A stretch of 64,000 nt of DNA from Felis catus (GCF_018350175.1 NC_058369.1:24740001-24804000), one strand, 5' to 3'. Shown: positions 26,806 through 40,516, counted from the stretch's first letter. A program made the numbers and translations. Notes: a model not told the origin generated them from the sequence alone.

Positions 26806-27632
26806 TAAGAATATGTAATGTAACCCTTTTGATTGCAGTATATGTAATTTTCTTTTTAAATCAGTTTTTAAGGGCACCTGGGTGGCTCAGTTGGTTAAGT
26901 ATCTGACTCTTTTTTTTTAATGTTTATTTATGTTTGAGAGAAAGAGAGACAGCACAAGCCTGGGAGGGACAGAGAGAGAGAGAGAGAGGGAGACATAGAA
27001 CCCAGAGCAGGATCCAGGCTCTGAGCTGTCAGCACAGAGCCCGATACAGGGCTCGAACCCATGAACTGTGAGACCATGACCTGAGCTGAAGTCGGATGCT
27101 TAAACTGACTCAGCCACCCAGGCACCCCAAGTGTCTGACTCTTGATATCATGACCTCACAATTCATGGGATCAAATCCCATATCAGGCTCTGAGTTGAGA
27201 GTGTGGAGCCTGCTTGTGATTCTCCTTCCCTCTCTCTGCCCATTCTCTGCTCGTGCTCACTGGCTCTCTCAAAACAAATAAATGTTTTTTAAAAATCAGT
27301 TTTTATTAAGAATATAAACTGGTCACATAAATAAAATATTTCAAGGAGAGGGTTATTAAATAAATTCTAAAATGGACAGAAACATGTAAAAACACCTGAA
27401 ATGTCTAGTCTTCTCAAGCAGAATATGCTATCCATGTATCCATTAATACATCCAACATCCATGGCTGTATTAATTGGTATTCAACGTCCATTAGATCATG
27501 GAATGAAACTCAGTATAATGATGTAGTTCTTTGTTGAAAGACTGTTCTATTGGTATTAAATTCATGGTATTAGTGAAAGCCTTGGTAAGTATCAAAAAGA
27601 TAATTCAGTTATCAATTTATTAACTCAGCTTT

Positions 27633-28215
27633 TTTTTTCAATATATGAAATTTATTGTCAAATTGGTTTCCATACAACACCCAGTGCTCATCCCAAAAGG
27701 TGCCCTCCTCAATACCCATCACCCCCCCCCTCCCACCCCCCATCAACCCTCAGTTTGTTCTCAGTTTTTAAGAGTCTCTTATGCTTTGGCTCTCTTCCAC
27801 TCTAACCTCTTTTTTTTTTTCTTTCCCTCCCCCATGGGTTTCTGTTAAGTTTCTCAGGATCCACATAAGAGTAAAAACATATGGTATCTGTCTTTCTCTG
27901 CCTGACTTATTTCACTTAGCATCACACTCTCCAGTTCCATCCACGTTGCTACAAAAGGCCATATTTCATTCTTTCTCATTGCCATGTAGTATTCCATTGT
28001 GTATATAAACCACAATTTCTTTATCCATTCATCAGTTGATGGACATTTAGGCTCTTTCCATAATTTGGCTATTGTTGAGAGTGCTGCTATAAACATTGGG
28101 GTCCAAGTGCCCCTATACATCAGTACTCCTGTATCCCTTGGGTAAATTCCTAGCAGTGCTATTGCTGGGTCATAGGGTAGGTCTATTTTTAATTTTCTGA
28201 GGAAACTCCACACTG
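27633..28215 (-). mobile_element. Young 5'-truncated felid L1 3' end
   Basis: Nearly intact ORF2 C-terminus (ORF 27854..28213); TSD ATTAACTCAGCTTT at 27619-27632 and 28216-28229, followed by AA. Confidence 0.92.
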
Positions 28216-28724
28216 ATTAACTCAGCTTTAAATTAATCTTCTATGTAAAATGGATCTGGGCCCTTTAAATATTTTTCCTTTGTAGCTGACAGGATGTTAA
28301 GCTTTTTTTTTTTTTTTCTCACCAGTGGGAGAGGGGCAGAGAGAGGGGGGTACACAGTATTCGAAACAGCTTCCAGGCTCTGAGCTGTCAGCACAGAGCC
28401 TGGCATGGGGCTCAAATGAAGAACCACGAGATCATGACCTTAGTCAAAGTTGGATGCTCAACCAACTGAGTCACCCAGGTGCCCCTAAGATTTCTTTTTT
28501 TAAAAACATTCTTTTTAACGTTTATTCATTTTTTGAGAGACAGAGAGAGACAGAGCATGAGTGGGGGAGGGGCAGAGAGAGAGGGAGACACAGAATCCAA
28601 AGCAGGCTCCAGCCTCTGAACTGAGCACAGAGCCCAAAGTGGGGTTCGAACTCACAGACCATAAGATCACGGCCTGAGCCAAAGTCGGACGCTCAACCGA
28701 CTGAGCCACTCAGGCACCCCTAAG

Positions 28725-29260
28725 ATTTCTGGAGAGACACTGCAGGAAAAAAGAATCCTGTCCTTGCTTCCAGTGTGTTCACTTGGTAGGCTCCTTGGAA
28801 TCCCATATCTCAGTGGAAGAGGCTTCCCCCAGTTTCCAGCTTCTGCAGCACTGGCAGCTTCTCCAACATCAAGCTCATGCAGCATGGGCAGCATCTCCAG
28901 GGTCAAGCCCCCAGCACACAAGCTTGCTTCAGCACTCAACTCCTATAGAGCCTAGTGGCCAGAAGCACCCAGCCATCAGCAGCTTCCCCCAGCAACCCCC
29001 TCAGGCAGTTTTGTAGTGACAGGCCCCTGGTGAGATACCTTGAATGGATTCCCCCCTATGGTAACCTAGAAGATGGATTTCCGGCAAGATCTCCTGGCAT
29101 AAGCCAGGGTCATGACTTCCAGTAAGGTCTGGATCTCAGTCCTGTGGGGCAACGGGGCTCTTCCTTGGGGACTTTATCTACACTGCTCTTTATATCTGCT
29201 ATTCGTATATTTTTTAGAATTCTCTTTATTTCTTACTAGTCAATCTCTCATTATGCCAGA
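28725..29260. mobile_element. Probable ancient ERVL-type LTR remnant
   Basis: CAGC-rich, moderately GC-rich block unlike its flanks, with no splice-supported ORF. The family assignment is an impression only. Confidence 0.35.
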
Positions 29261-31004
29261 TCTATTAACTATTATTATAGTTAATCATTATTTTTTAATG
29301 CTTATTTACTTGAGAGAGAGAGAGAGAGAAAGAAAGAGAACACACGAGTAGGGGGAGGGGCAAAGAGAAGAGAGAGAATCCCAAGCAGGCTTCACGCTGT
29401 CAGCAGAGAGCCTGACAAAGGACTCCATCTCACATACTGTGAGATCATGACCTAAGCCAAAATCAAGAGGCAGGCACTCAATCGACTGAGCTACCCAGGT
29501 GCCCCTAAAGTAACTTTTTTTTTTTTTAATTTTTTTTAACGTTTTATTTTATTTTTGAGACAGAGAGAGACAGAGCATGAACGGGGGAGGGTCAGAGAGA
29601 GAGGGAGACACAGAATCTGAAACAGGTTCCAGGCTCTGAGCTGTTAGCAGAGAGCCCAACGCGGGGCTCGAACTCTCGGACCGCGAGATCATGACCTGAG
29701 CCGAAGTCAGATGCTTAACTGACTGAGCCACCCAGGCGCCCCCAAAGTAACATTTTATAAGTCACACCACTCTATCTCCCAAAAATACTCCTATTAGCAT
29801 GTCAGTTTCAATCTTTTTAGCCTTTTTTTTTTTTTTCTATGACTAGGTAAGTGTTCCTTAAAACAGAACAAAACAAAACACAGGATCAAATGTACTCTGG
29901 TACCTGTTCATTTACTCAGTCAAGTAGATTAACAAATGTTGATTTAAGTATATCTTCCACAGACCAGGTACATAAACGAATATTAAAAGACCTCTGAGTT
30001 TTCACTGAATGTACTATGAGAGTTCAATGTGCCTCATTTATTAAAACTATAGTTTCCAAAAATTGCTTGAGTAGATGAACACCCTGTGAACTTTTAGTAG
30101 CTGCATTATAATCCTTATCATGAAATAGCATTCAGCCAAATTTAATAAAGTTGTTGGCATTTTTTATTTTTTGCTGTGTTTTCATGTGACAATTATTTAC
30201 TGTCTATGCTTTTCAGTGCCAGGTGCTGTGGCTATGGAGGTATATGAGACACCAACTGCCTGGCCCTCTGAAGCTCGCTCTGACACAGGATCTTAAACGG
30301 ATGAGCGCGCGGATCAAAAGGGCAGGGACTGGAAGCTCCAGAGAATAGGTTCCTGATTTACCCACTAGCGGATTCCAGAGGAGGTTCTTGGAGGAAGTAC
30401 GTTTAAATTTAGATTTTTAAGAACTAACAGCAGTTAGACTCATAAAACACTAGTTCGGAACATGGGCTCCGCGGTTAAATTGTTTGATTAACCTCTCTGT
30501 GCCTCAGAGATAATGTAAAGCTTCAGTAGACCTAAAGCCCTTAGCTCCCAGTCTGCACAAAAGAGCTGAAATTCACTACTTTGTTGTTGCAATTTAAAAA
30601 AGAGTTACAATGCATTAGGCTTCCTGCGGAGGTCAGAGCCAGAAACAGGACAAACCCTGTACCGGACCTAGGAGTCTCTCCCCAGGTCCCCACTCCCAAT
30701 TTATTTTATACCCGAATAACCCTCTCTTGCAAATATGAAATACGGGAAATGTTCATTTCCTAAAAAGCTTATACTTTTAGTTTTTCCATATTTTTGCCAC
30801 CTCCACCTGAGCTGAGGCACTTCTATGGAGACTTCGAGTGAACTAGGGGCAGAGGGAGGAGGGTGGTGTGCCTACAACTCCAACGAACGAAGATCCCCAC
30901 TACCCAAGAACGAGGGCGAAGCGCCTGAGGCCAGGCTAACCCAGCGGGTCTCCACAGTGGCTTCTCCCCGGTAGAGAGAGCACCCTCCAGCACGACTAAT
31001 TCTG

Positions 31005-31046
31005 ATTGGTCTGTTCTCCCAGCTCGCCGGCCTCACCGTATCCAAT
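31005..31046. promoter_or_regulatory. Pair of CCAAT boxes (candidate NF-Y sites)
   Basis: ATTGG at 31005-31009 (ctgATTGGt) and CCAAT at 31042-31046 (atCCAATgg), about 85-125 bp upstream of the ATG. No obvious TATA box. Confidence 0.6.
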
Positions 31047-31129
31047 GGGCGTAGCGCTTGTTGAGCGGCGGAGGCAACCGGCATACACAGGGGACCTGAG
31101 CGTTCGTGGAGAGAGCGAGAGGTCAGGCC

Positions 31130-31140
31130 ATGAACCTAGG
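31130..31140 (+). CDS. CCDC66: CCDC66 coding exon 1 (MNLG, phase 2)
   Basis: gccATG AAC CTA GG|gtaagc. Joins in frame to exon 2, giving MNLGDGLKLETELLDGKTKL, the N-terminus I recognise for mammalian CCDC66. Confidence 0.88.
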
Positions 31141-32758
31141 GTAAGCTGGGGCGAGAAGGGTGGTCTCTAGCGGAGACGGGGTGAGGCTAGGTTGGCCCTT
31201 GGAATCCTTCGTGGAACACCTTCCCGGCTTGCGCCGCCTCATACGGCATTGTTCGGCTGCCTGTGGCGGAGAGGGGACCAGAGGCCCGGGACGGCGTTTG
31301 TCGCCGCCGCCGCTTTTGCACAACGTTACTCGCAGTAAATCTGTCCGGGACCTCCTTTCCGCCCTCTCATTAACCTCACGGTGGTGAGGGAAGAGAGGCG
31401 GAAAGCAGTAAGGACAGATGGAGAGATAAAGTTTAGTGGCTTCCCGGGGAGAAATCCTGGCCCCGGCCCTGGTTTTTTTTTTTTTTTTTGCCCCTTTGGC
31501 GTCTCTGCAGGTTGTCGGAGCGCCCAGAGGCGTTTAACGCCCGTAATGCGGGGAACCGAGTCTTGAGCAACCGATGCATTGCTAGTGCTTGGCCCCTAAT
31601 AGGCCCTCATTAAGTTTGTTGAGTAAAAAGGACTGTTGCAGGGAAGTGATGGGGAAGTTCATGTTTTAAGAAGATGAAAAGTTACCAAACTCAGACTACA
31701 CATCATTTAGCAAATGAATTTTGTATCCTAGAATCTGTAGAGAGAAAAATAAATAAGACAGGCTGCCCCTAAAGGAGTTTACAGTGCAGTAATACTGAAC
31801 AGACGTACTTTTCGGTTTCATTCTTTTGTTTGTTGAGTTTCACGAACGCGTAAACATGGAGTATTCTAACGCTGCAACAGGGAAACTTTTAAAGTCCGTT
31901 TTCCCCCACTGTTTTAATAAAACAGGGTATTTTGGTTTCCTCTACTTACCAACACTACAGTTTCGTGTTCCCAATGAGACTTTTTTTCAACCTTTCTTTT
32001 TTTCCTTGGCTGATCCCGCTGGATTTAATTTTGTCTCTTAGACATCACATTTGTCCCTGTTGATGTTTATTGACCTACACTTATTCCTCCCCCACTTTTA
32101 GGAAACAGGGAATTAAATGTGGACTATTTTTATTTTCAGTGGAATTTGTATTAGGACCTTGATTTGTACAAGTTACCTTGGTAGTGTCTACCGTTAACTT
32201 TGTGCTCTTGCATAGGACATACACAAATAAATTATAACAGCCAAAACTTATTACAGATTTATTGTTGTTATAGTAACAAAGTGTCAGTGTGCTCAAAAAG
32301 TTAGTAACAGTGGTGGCAATGTTACAGGCCACTTTCAGATTAATGATGTAGCAGGCCATAGAATGTATTAGTCATGAACAAATAGTAGTTAGATATGTTT
32401 TGCTACTTTAACTTAGGTGGAGAGTTTTGGTAACAGCATTTTTTTCCAGTCTGGATTTATAAGAGTTAAATAGTGGCATGATAATTGAATTCATTGCTTA
32501 CCAGTAAAATACGAAGTTTCATGTTAAAGGTAATAAATTCTTTTATTATTGAGTTTTATTATTGAGTTTCAGGAATTTTCTGAGTATTTAGTTTTATCTT
32601 GGATTGAAAAACGATTTTAATTAAAAGAATGGTTTAATATTTACAGTTCTTGTATAAATTGGGAAGAACGTATATATTTTCAAGATTCAAATGAGCATTT
32701 CATTTCTCTTTAAAACTTTGCTGTTTCTTAAAAATGACAACTTTCTTTTATTTTTCAG

Positions 32759-32823
32759 AGATGGTTTAAAGCTTGAAACTGAATTATTGGATGGAAAAAC
32801 CAAGTTAATATTGTCTCCATATG
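32759..32823 (+). CDS. CCDC66: CCDC66 exon 2 (DGLKLETELLDGKTKLILSPY)
   Basis: tttttcag| acceptor and G|gtatgc donor; 65 nt, phase 2 to 1. Confidence 0.92.
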
Positions 32824-33464
32824 GTATGCTGTGTTACTGGAAACCTAAAATGTTAACTTTTATATTCCTACCTAAAATTTATATGAGTTTAATGTACTTT
32901 TTGCTTATAATAGAGTAATATTTAAATGATTATTTGCAAAAAGCTGTTTTCACTTTTTCAGATTTATTTTTAGCCAAGTAAAGTCACATTACATCACTGC
33001 TTACCACTCTCAGTATTTATTCATAAAACTTAATGTCCCAGTATATTTTAATGTTTAATATGTTGCCTAATGGATAATCTGGGTGAAATTTGTGTAATTA
33101 TGTTCTGTGTATATAAAGAATGTAGTTTGAGAAAATTAAATTTGTAGTAAGACCACAGTTGCTAAAATCATTTTTACTATTAGTTTTAAAACTCAGTAAA
33201 CTTTGGTAGTCCGCTCATTCATATTACTATTTTTTTTTTTTTTCTGATCTGTTTGTAGCTTTATCTTGGAAAATAAATAGAAGTGAAATAGAAATTCTTG
33301 AACTATTCTGTAAAAGTTAGAACACTCAGGACCTAAAGTTAATGCTTTTGGGGTTAATATTTCTATTAAATACCTTCTTAAAACAATGCTAATTAAAATT
33401 TATTTTGTGACTGCCTTAGTGTGTTTTTGTTTGATGGCTCAGTAATTATTTTTTTCTTTTGTAG

Positions 33465-33490
33465 AATGTAAATCAAAATATTCTGTGAAG
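33465..33490 (+). CDS. CCDC66: CCDC66 exon 3, 26-nt microexon (ECKSKYSVK)
   Basis: ttttcttttgtag| acceptor and AAG|gtaagc donor; phase 1 to 0 restores the frame into exon 4. Resembles human EHKSKISVK as I recall it. Confidence 0.88.
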
Positions 33491-33695
33491 GTAAGCCAAA
33501 TGACCTGACCTGTTTTTGAATGTAAAATGTGGTTTTCTTTACAGTGGTTTGAAAAGAATTCCTGTGAAATTTTCATAATGGGTTTGGGATAATGATGAGG
33601 AGTTATTGTTCTCTTGCTTTTAGGCTGGTCCTTTCACGGAAATAGGATCATAATTTTTCAGTTTAAAAAGCTGTATAGAACATTTTTCTCTGCAT

Positions 33696-33889
33696 CAGTG
33701 CTGCCTAGTAAATCTTTTTGTGATGATGGAAATATTCTAAGATCATTGTTTTCTAATATGGTAGTCAGCAACTAGTCATGCGTGGTTATTTAGCACTTAA
33801 AATGTGGCTAGTATGACTAAGGAAGTGAATTTTTAATTTTATTTAATTTTGAATGCAAATTTAGTAGTTACTACACTGGACAGTGCAGT
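33696..33889. mobile_element. MER3-like hAT-Charlie MITE
   Basis: cagtgctgcc...tgatgatggaaatattcta...gcacttaaaatgtggctagt...ctggacagtgcag. Confidence 0.7.
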
Positions 33890-34967
33890 TCCTAAGATCT
33901 TTAAAAATACATATTCTTTAAAATGAGAATATTTTTCTTTTCATATTCAAATTCCATTTTCCCACATCAAAACGGTGTATCTGATTCACAGACTTACATG
34001 CATTTTGCCTTCTCCTTTAAGAGATCGTACTTGAGCTTAATGATAATTTTCCTTTTAAATTTTTATCAGGAACCCATAGTGACTTTTTCTACAAAATACA
34101 GTACCACTTTCACAGTTTTTTGATATCATACTTTTCTTGTTCCCTATTTTTTTTCCATGTTTAGATTAATAGGAGCAGAAATTTCATCTCTTCCATAATT
34201 CACTGTAGCCCTCCTTTTTCCTTTATCATTGCAGCATCTTAAAGTCTTTTGTGTTTCTGTGAATAGAGCTCAATTTGGATGATGTGGCACTTTTCAACTC
34301 TGAGCTCTTGATGGCTTTGCTCTTTTTTCCAGGTTTGATCAAGGTGAAGTTCCTTGAGTACCGAGCATAATAATCACTTCATAAATGGGTGATGATAATC
34401 AGTAATTCCACATGTTACCAGTAAAAATTATCTCTCTGAATATGGTATATAGTTGTATACCTGTGTGCTTTTTAAAATCACAGAATACAAATTATATATT
34501 TTTTCCTGGTCCTGCTCTATTAAAATATTACAACTAATTATTTTATTTGAGTCACATTAACAACTACAGCACCCCTTTTTTTAGCTCTTAGATAAAAAGC
34601 TGCTTGTAATAGTTGGTTTCCATCTTCCCTTGACCTCAGTTTTCTTTCACCTGTTTCTTCTTCCATCAATGTCCTTAATGGATTCGCTTCAGTCACCACA
34701 TTTTGTGAAGACATTTCATTGTCTTTTTAACCAGCCTAGAACATATGGCGATCTCCTTTCATGCCTATAATAAAATTACTAGTCTTGGACTTTTGATAGA
34801 ATCATCACAAGATTCTATTAGCAATCTAAAGATATTTTATTCTAGGATTCTTTTTTTCCAGAGTAACTATGTCTCAGTCGATGTTGATCTTAAATTATTA
34901 TTCACTGTCTTGGAGCAAATTGTTTGATTTTATTCCTCTTGCTTTTGAGACTTCAAAATACTGATGA

Positions 34968-35113
34968 TGGTAACTATATAAGGTGATGGATATGTTAATT
35001 CCCTTGATTGTGGTGACTATTTCACAGTGTATGCATTTATCAAATCATCTAGTTGTATGCCTTAAATATATACAGTTTTTAATTGTCAATTATACCTTAA
35101 TAAAGCTGGGGAA
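34968..35113 (+). mobile_element. Short L1M 3' end with imperfect TSD
   Basis: Ends tcaattataccttaataaagctggggaaaaaa; AAAATwCTGATGA at 34955-34967 and 35114-35126. Confidence 0.75.
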
Positions 35114-38100
35114 AAAATTCTGATGAAACCTAAGTCTCCCTTCTAGATTGATTTTACTTTAAGGAGCTTCTCTTCCCTTGTTTATAGGGGTTGCTGAGAT
35201 CTTCCTCATTTCTTTCTTTGCTCCTCACAGAAGGTAAAATACAAAGATAGTAGTACTTGTCTTTTTTTTTTTTTTTTTTTTGCTTAAATCTGTTTTTAAT
35301 TTCCCAAATCTCATTCAGCTTTATGTTGGATTCTCTTTTCCATAAGTTATTCATGAATTCTCTCTTCATAGTGTTTTTCTTCTACTGGGAGAAGCTCCTG
35401 AGTGACTACAACACCTACCTACAGTTCTGGTTTTCCCTTTCCTCATAGGTTGAATTACTGTCATTGTCATAGTGTGCTCTTTATTTTTTTAATTTTTTAA
35501 ATTTTTTTAATAGTTTTTTTTTCAACGTTTATTTATTTTTGGGACAGAGAGAGACAGAGCATGAACGGGCGAGGGGCAGAGAGAGAGGGAGACACAGAAT
35601 CGGAAACAGGCTCCAGGCTCCGAGCCATCAGCCCAGAGCCTGATGTGGGGCTCGAACTCACGGACCGCGAGATCGTGACCTGGCTGAAGTCGGACGCTTA
35701 ACCGACTGCGCCACCCAGGCGCCCCAATAATTTTTTTTTTTAAATTTATTTTTGCGACAGAGAGAGACAGAGCATGAGCAGGGGAGGGGCAGAGAGAGAG
35801 GGAGACACAGAATCAGAAGTAGGCTCCAGGCTCTGAGCTGTCAGCACAGAGCCCGATGCGGGGCTCGAACCCACAGACTGTGAGATGATGACCTGAGCTG
35901 AAGTCGGACGCTAAACCGACTGAGCCACCCAGGCGCCCCATAGTGTGCTCTTTAAACACAGCTGAACTCTCATCTCGTCATGATTAAGTTTAACACCTCT
36001 GTGGTCCGAGTACTTTTTAAATTTTTCAAAATCCCTTCTGCATTTTTTTTAAATCCGTGGTAAGGAATATGAAGTTAAAGGTGGTTACCAGTTTAATTTC
36101 TTAAGCTTTTAGGAAGAGAAATTAAAGAAATGTTAATGATTCAGTGTCATGAGTAATTTATAAATTCTAAACTCTTATACTCGGGCACCTGGGTGGCTCA
36201 GTTGATTAAATGTCTGACTTTTTGGCTCAGGTCATGATCTCATGATTCATGGGATTGAGCCCTGCATTGGGCTCTGCACTGACAGTGTGGAACCTGGTTA
36301 GGATTCTCTTTCTCTCACTCTCTCTGCCCCTCCCCTGCTCTCTCTCAAAATAAATGAATAAACTTCTAAACTCTTACACTTAAAATTGTCACTTGGGCGC
36401 CTGGGTGGCTCTGCTGGTTGTGTCTGACTTTGGCTCAGGCCATTATCTTGAGGTTTGTGAGTTCGAGCCCCAGGTCACGCTCTGTACTGACAGCTCATAG
36501 CCTAGAGCCTGCTTCAGGTTCTCTGTCTTGCTCTCTGTCTGCCCCTGCCCTGCTTGCACTTTGTCTCTCTTTCTCTCAAAAACAAACATTAAAGAAAATT
36601 GTCACACATATTAGTTGAAATATAAAACATTTAAAAATTTTTTTATAGGTATTTCTACATCTGAGAAGCAGAATAGTGTCATGCAAAAGGATATACACAA
36701 TATTAGTGTTAAGTAGCACATTTTATATCTTAAAATGTTACTTTTCTCTGATTCTTTCTAGCTTTGGCATCCTGGCCCCATATAAATGATAAAGTCAGCC
36801 AGTACTAAACAACTTCATTGGACATTGTATTGTGAAAAATACTGATAGAATTAAAACTAGTTAAAAAACTATTTGGCTATGTAAAAAATTTTGACATGAA
36901 AACTTGATCTATTTTGATCTATTAAAATTCACATAATCCAGTAAACACTTGGAATTATTTGGTCTAGATTGCTTTTTCTTAATAAGTAACCTGAACATAA
37001 TTGAATTTATTTGGTAGTTCATGATCTTTTGCTGCTTCCATTTATTGGTTTTGTTATTTTTTTTTCCTCCCCTGCCATTTAGCTACAAAAAATAATCAGA
37101 ATTGAGCTGAGTATATAATGACCTCATGCCACATCATTGCCCTTCCTGCCCACCCCCCTACCCCCATTTTACTAAATATTTTTAGAAGATTTTTTGGTCT
37201 ATTTTTTTTTTTTGTAAGTGAAATTTTGCAGGATAATTCTATTTAAATTAGATCGTCAATTAGTAAATTTTTATTTAACAAGGATTTACTGAAGATTTAA
37301 AATTCTAGTAGAGTGCCATTCTTGGCTTTATTTCTTCTGTGATTGAAAGAAAGGAAATGAGCAAAACTTGGTCCTTGTGTTTTGGAAGTGAGGGTGTCAG
37401 GTAAATAACTATATTACAAGTAGAATATGATGTGTACTATAGTAGGATAATGTATACCACAGTAGGGTTATAAAAGGCAGACAACACTGCAAAGAGCAGC
37501 TCTTTGTGGTTTGAGGAGACCAGGGAATGCTTCATAAATGAGGTGACATTTTAATTAGAACTTAAAAGATGAGGCAGATATTTATAGGTAAAGAGGTAGG
37601 GGAGTGTATTCTAAGTTCAGAGAAAATACTGGGCACAATACCAAGATAGAAAGCCTAATTTGCATTTGGGGAATAGTGTGTATCTCAGGGAAGTATAGAA
37701 CATAAAGCTTAGGAGAGGGTTTAGTCTTAAAGAGTTTAAATTTTTTTTTTTTTAATTTATTTATTTTGAGAGCATGAGTAGGGGAGGGGCACAGAGAGAT
37801 GGAGAGAGAGAATCCCAAGCAGGCTCTGCGCCATCAGTGCAAGAGTCCGATGCAGAGCCCGATCTCATGAACTGAGATCGTGACCTGAGCTGAAGTCAGG
37901 AGTCAGATGCTTAACAGACTGAGACAGCCAGGCACCCTTTAAAGAGTTTAAATATATACTTAAAGAATTTGAACTTCTTGATTTGTATGTAGGGAGCATT
38001 AAAGTATTTTTGAAAAGTGGAGTAGATACGGTATAATTTGTGTTGTAGGATAGGGCTTCGGACAGACCTACAAAGGACAGATTGTAACTGAGAGACCATA

Positions 38101-38334
38101 GTTACGGGCCAAATATAGTCCAGGGAGAGTCATAAGTTCTTGAACATGGGTGGTGGCTAGTGAAATGGAAAGAAGGGGACAAATGACTTCAAGATATGTT
38201 AATGGCATGCACCGCACTTAGTTTGAATGAGCAACTGATTAGAGAAACAAAATGCTCAACTATTAGTGACCCAAAAAAGGCCCATATGAGTCAAAGAAGG
38301 GGGAGAAAGTAGGAGCTGTAGTTGGAGTCTGAGG

Positions 38335-38612
38335 TGGTAGGGCTCAGCTGTATAAGCTACATGCAGTCTGCTAATAATTTGCTTATTCCACACAATGGTT
38401 TTAAAAAACTAGAGTGAATTGCCAGTATCTAAACATTGGAGAGTTTGATGTAAAATCTGTCATTTTTGGTTCTCTTGAAATACTGGATTCCTGTTTGGCA
38501 GGGTAGGCTGGTTCTGATGGTGACTGTCTCCTTTAGGTGGAAAAATGCTTTTCAACTCATCTTGTTTCCTACCTAGCCTAATTTACAGTATGTATTCAAG
38601 TTTGCCATTTCT
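38335..38612. mobile_element. Possible MER102-like hAT relic
   Basis: Motifs such as aattgccagtatctaaacattggagagtt, tgtaaaatc and caagtttgcca recall MER102. Confidence 0.4.
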
Positions 38613-39359
38613 CACTTAGAGAATTAGTTATATTAAAATAGCCACAGGGATGAGAGGATAAAAGGCATTTTACATTGTGGTACCAATTACATTGGTATTA
38701 TCAAAAGCCTGAAGCTAGGAACAAATAGGATTTGGATGAGGTGAAGAGAATAACAAACAGATCTGTGGCTGATACTACAGGTACATTTTGAAAAGTCAGG
38801 TGAAATGTGAATGGCTAATTGGTCTAAGTGTGGTTGTATATTATATAAGTTACTGAAAGACCTGGAGAGTTGGGATATGATAAGCCGGGTGAAAGTCGTG
38901 GGGCATCTACCCTACTGTTTGACAGCAAATATCTTCTTCATTTTTACACCTCTAGTGCTTTTCTGTATTGGTGAGCACATAAAAAGCAACAGTTAATAGT
39001 GACTAAATGAGTGTTGAATTACTTTCGGTTAATTGGGTTTACTGAAATGTATAATGGATTAATAGAGGAAAGGTATGAATTAGGCAGACTGTAATCTAGT
39101 AGTGTGGTAATGAAAACCTGAATTTAGGCTTATCATCATGTAAATGGTGAGAAAAAGATATTTGAAAGGAAGAAATGACCAATACTTGTTCATAAGCCAA
39201 AGAAGACCATGAAAGAGGATAAAGTTAAAGATGACTCCATGCTTACTGGTCTGAGAGATTAGGACAACAGTGCCACAGAAATAGGATATTTTGGAAAGGG
39301 GAATAAATATGGGGGAGAGATAATTCAGTCTTTAAAATAGCGTAGTTGAGGGTAGTCAA

Positions 39360-40479
39360 CAAAAAATTCACTCAACACCTATTTTGTTCCACTCATTGTT
39401 CTGTACTGGAGCTATACAGTGGACAAAGTATAAAAAATCTCTGCCCTAGGGAGTTTACATTGGAAACGAATAGAGGCACTTGGGGTGGCTCAGTCAGTTA
39501 AGTATCCAACTTCAGCTCAGGTCATAATCTCACAGTTCGTGGGTCCGAGTGCTGCTTCGGGCTCTGTGCTGACAGCGCGGAGCCTGGAACCTGCTTCTGG
39601 TTCTGTATCCCTGTCTCTCTGCCCCTCCCCTGCTCACGCTCTGTCTCAAAAATAAACAAACATTTAAAAAAAGAAGATTGCGTTGAATGGGCATACAGTA
39701 AGCAAAATATACAATGTCACAAGATGAAAAGTGCTATAGGGAAAAAGAGAAAGGGAAGAGGCACAGTCACTTTAGGGGCACAGCAGTCTTTGGAAAAGGA
39801 AGTGTTAGGTAGGTGAGAGTGTGAGGGAGAACAGGAAACCTGCAAATTTAAATCAGTTGGTCAGAGAAGACCTCACTGAGCCAGTGATGTTGGAGCAAAG
39901 ATTTGAAGGAGGTGAGTACATAAACCATGAGGGAAGAATGGCCCAGGTAGAGGGATTGACTAATGCTGAGGCCTGAAATTAGGAGAGTCTTATTCAAGGA
40001 ATAAGAAGCCCACGTGTCTGGAGGCTAAGACAAAATGAGATCAGAGAGATCAGGTAAGGGGATAAAATGTGAAGCGTGTGCAGATCATTAGGTCAGAGTA
40101 AGAAGTTCAGTTTTCTTCCTAAGTAAGATAGGAAGGCCTTAGAAGCTTTTGAAAAAAGTGACATGATGTGACTTTACTAAGGTACCCTGTGGCTGCTGTG
40201 CTGAGCACAGACTGGGAAGTGAAGGCAGAAGTAGGAAAAGCAGGCTTTTAGAAATTCAGGCAAGAGCATTATAATGACTTGGAGTAGAGGGCACAAGAAA
40301 TGTTCAGGAGTGGTCAGATTCAGGATATATTTTGAAGATGGAGCAAAACAAGGTTTGATGACAAGTGTGGCATATGAGAGATAATTCCAAAATTTTTGGC
40401 ATGGGTAGCTTCCTCTGAAAGGAGGAAGTTATTTAGGGGCATGTGGGAGATCAAGAGTTTGATTTGGGGCTTGCTGAGG

Positions 40480-40516
<37 letters not shown>

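Larger units (their letters stand above)
30840..31620 (+). promoter_or_regulatory. CCDC66: CpG-island promoter / first-exon region of CCDC66
   Basis: The only long GC- and CpG-rich non-repeat stretch in an otherwise CpG-depleted window. It contains the start ATG (31130) and the first splice donor. Boundaries are approximate. Confidence 0.85.

Noticed and set aside
28667..29016. Overlapping ORFs in a CAGC-rich block
   Set aside because: Low-complexity translations; more consistent with an old LTR remnant than with an exon or processed pseudogene.
30870..30920. ZNF143/ACTACA-like motifs in the promoter (cctacaactcc; tacccaagaacg)
   Set aside because: Only partial matches to the consensus; too weak to call.
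31123..31566. Several ORFs on both strands in the CpG island, suggesting a divergent or overlapping gene
   Set aside because: GC-rich sequence lacks stop codons by chance; only the 11-nt coding exon 1 is supported by homology.
34318..34350. Acceptor-like tcttttttccag followed by AAG|gtgaag (11-nt micro-exon)
   Set aside because: Weak donor, frame-disrupting, and no homology support.
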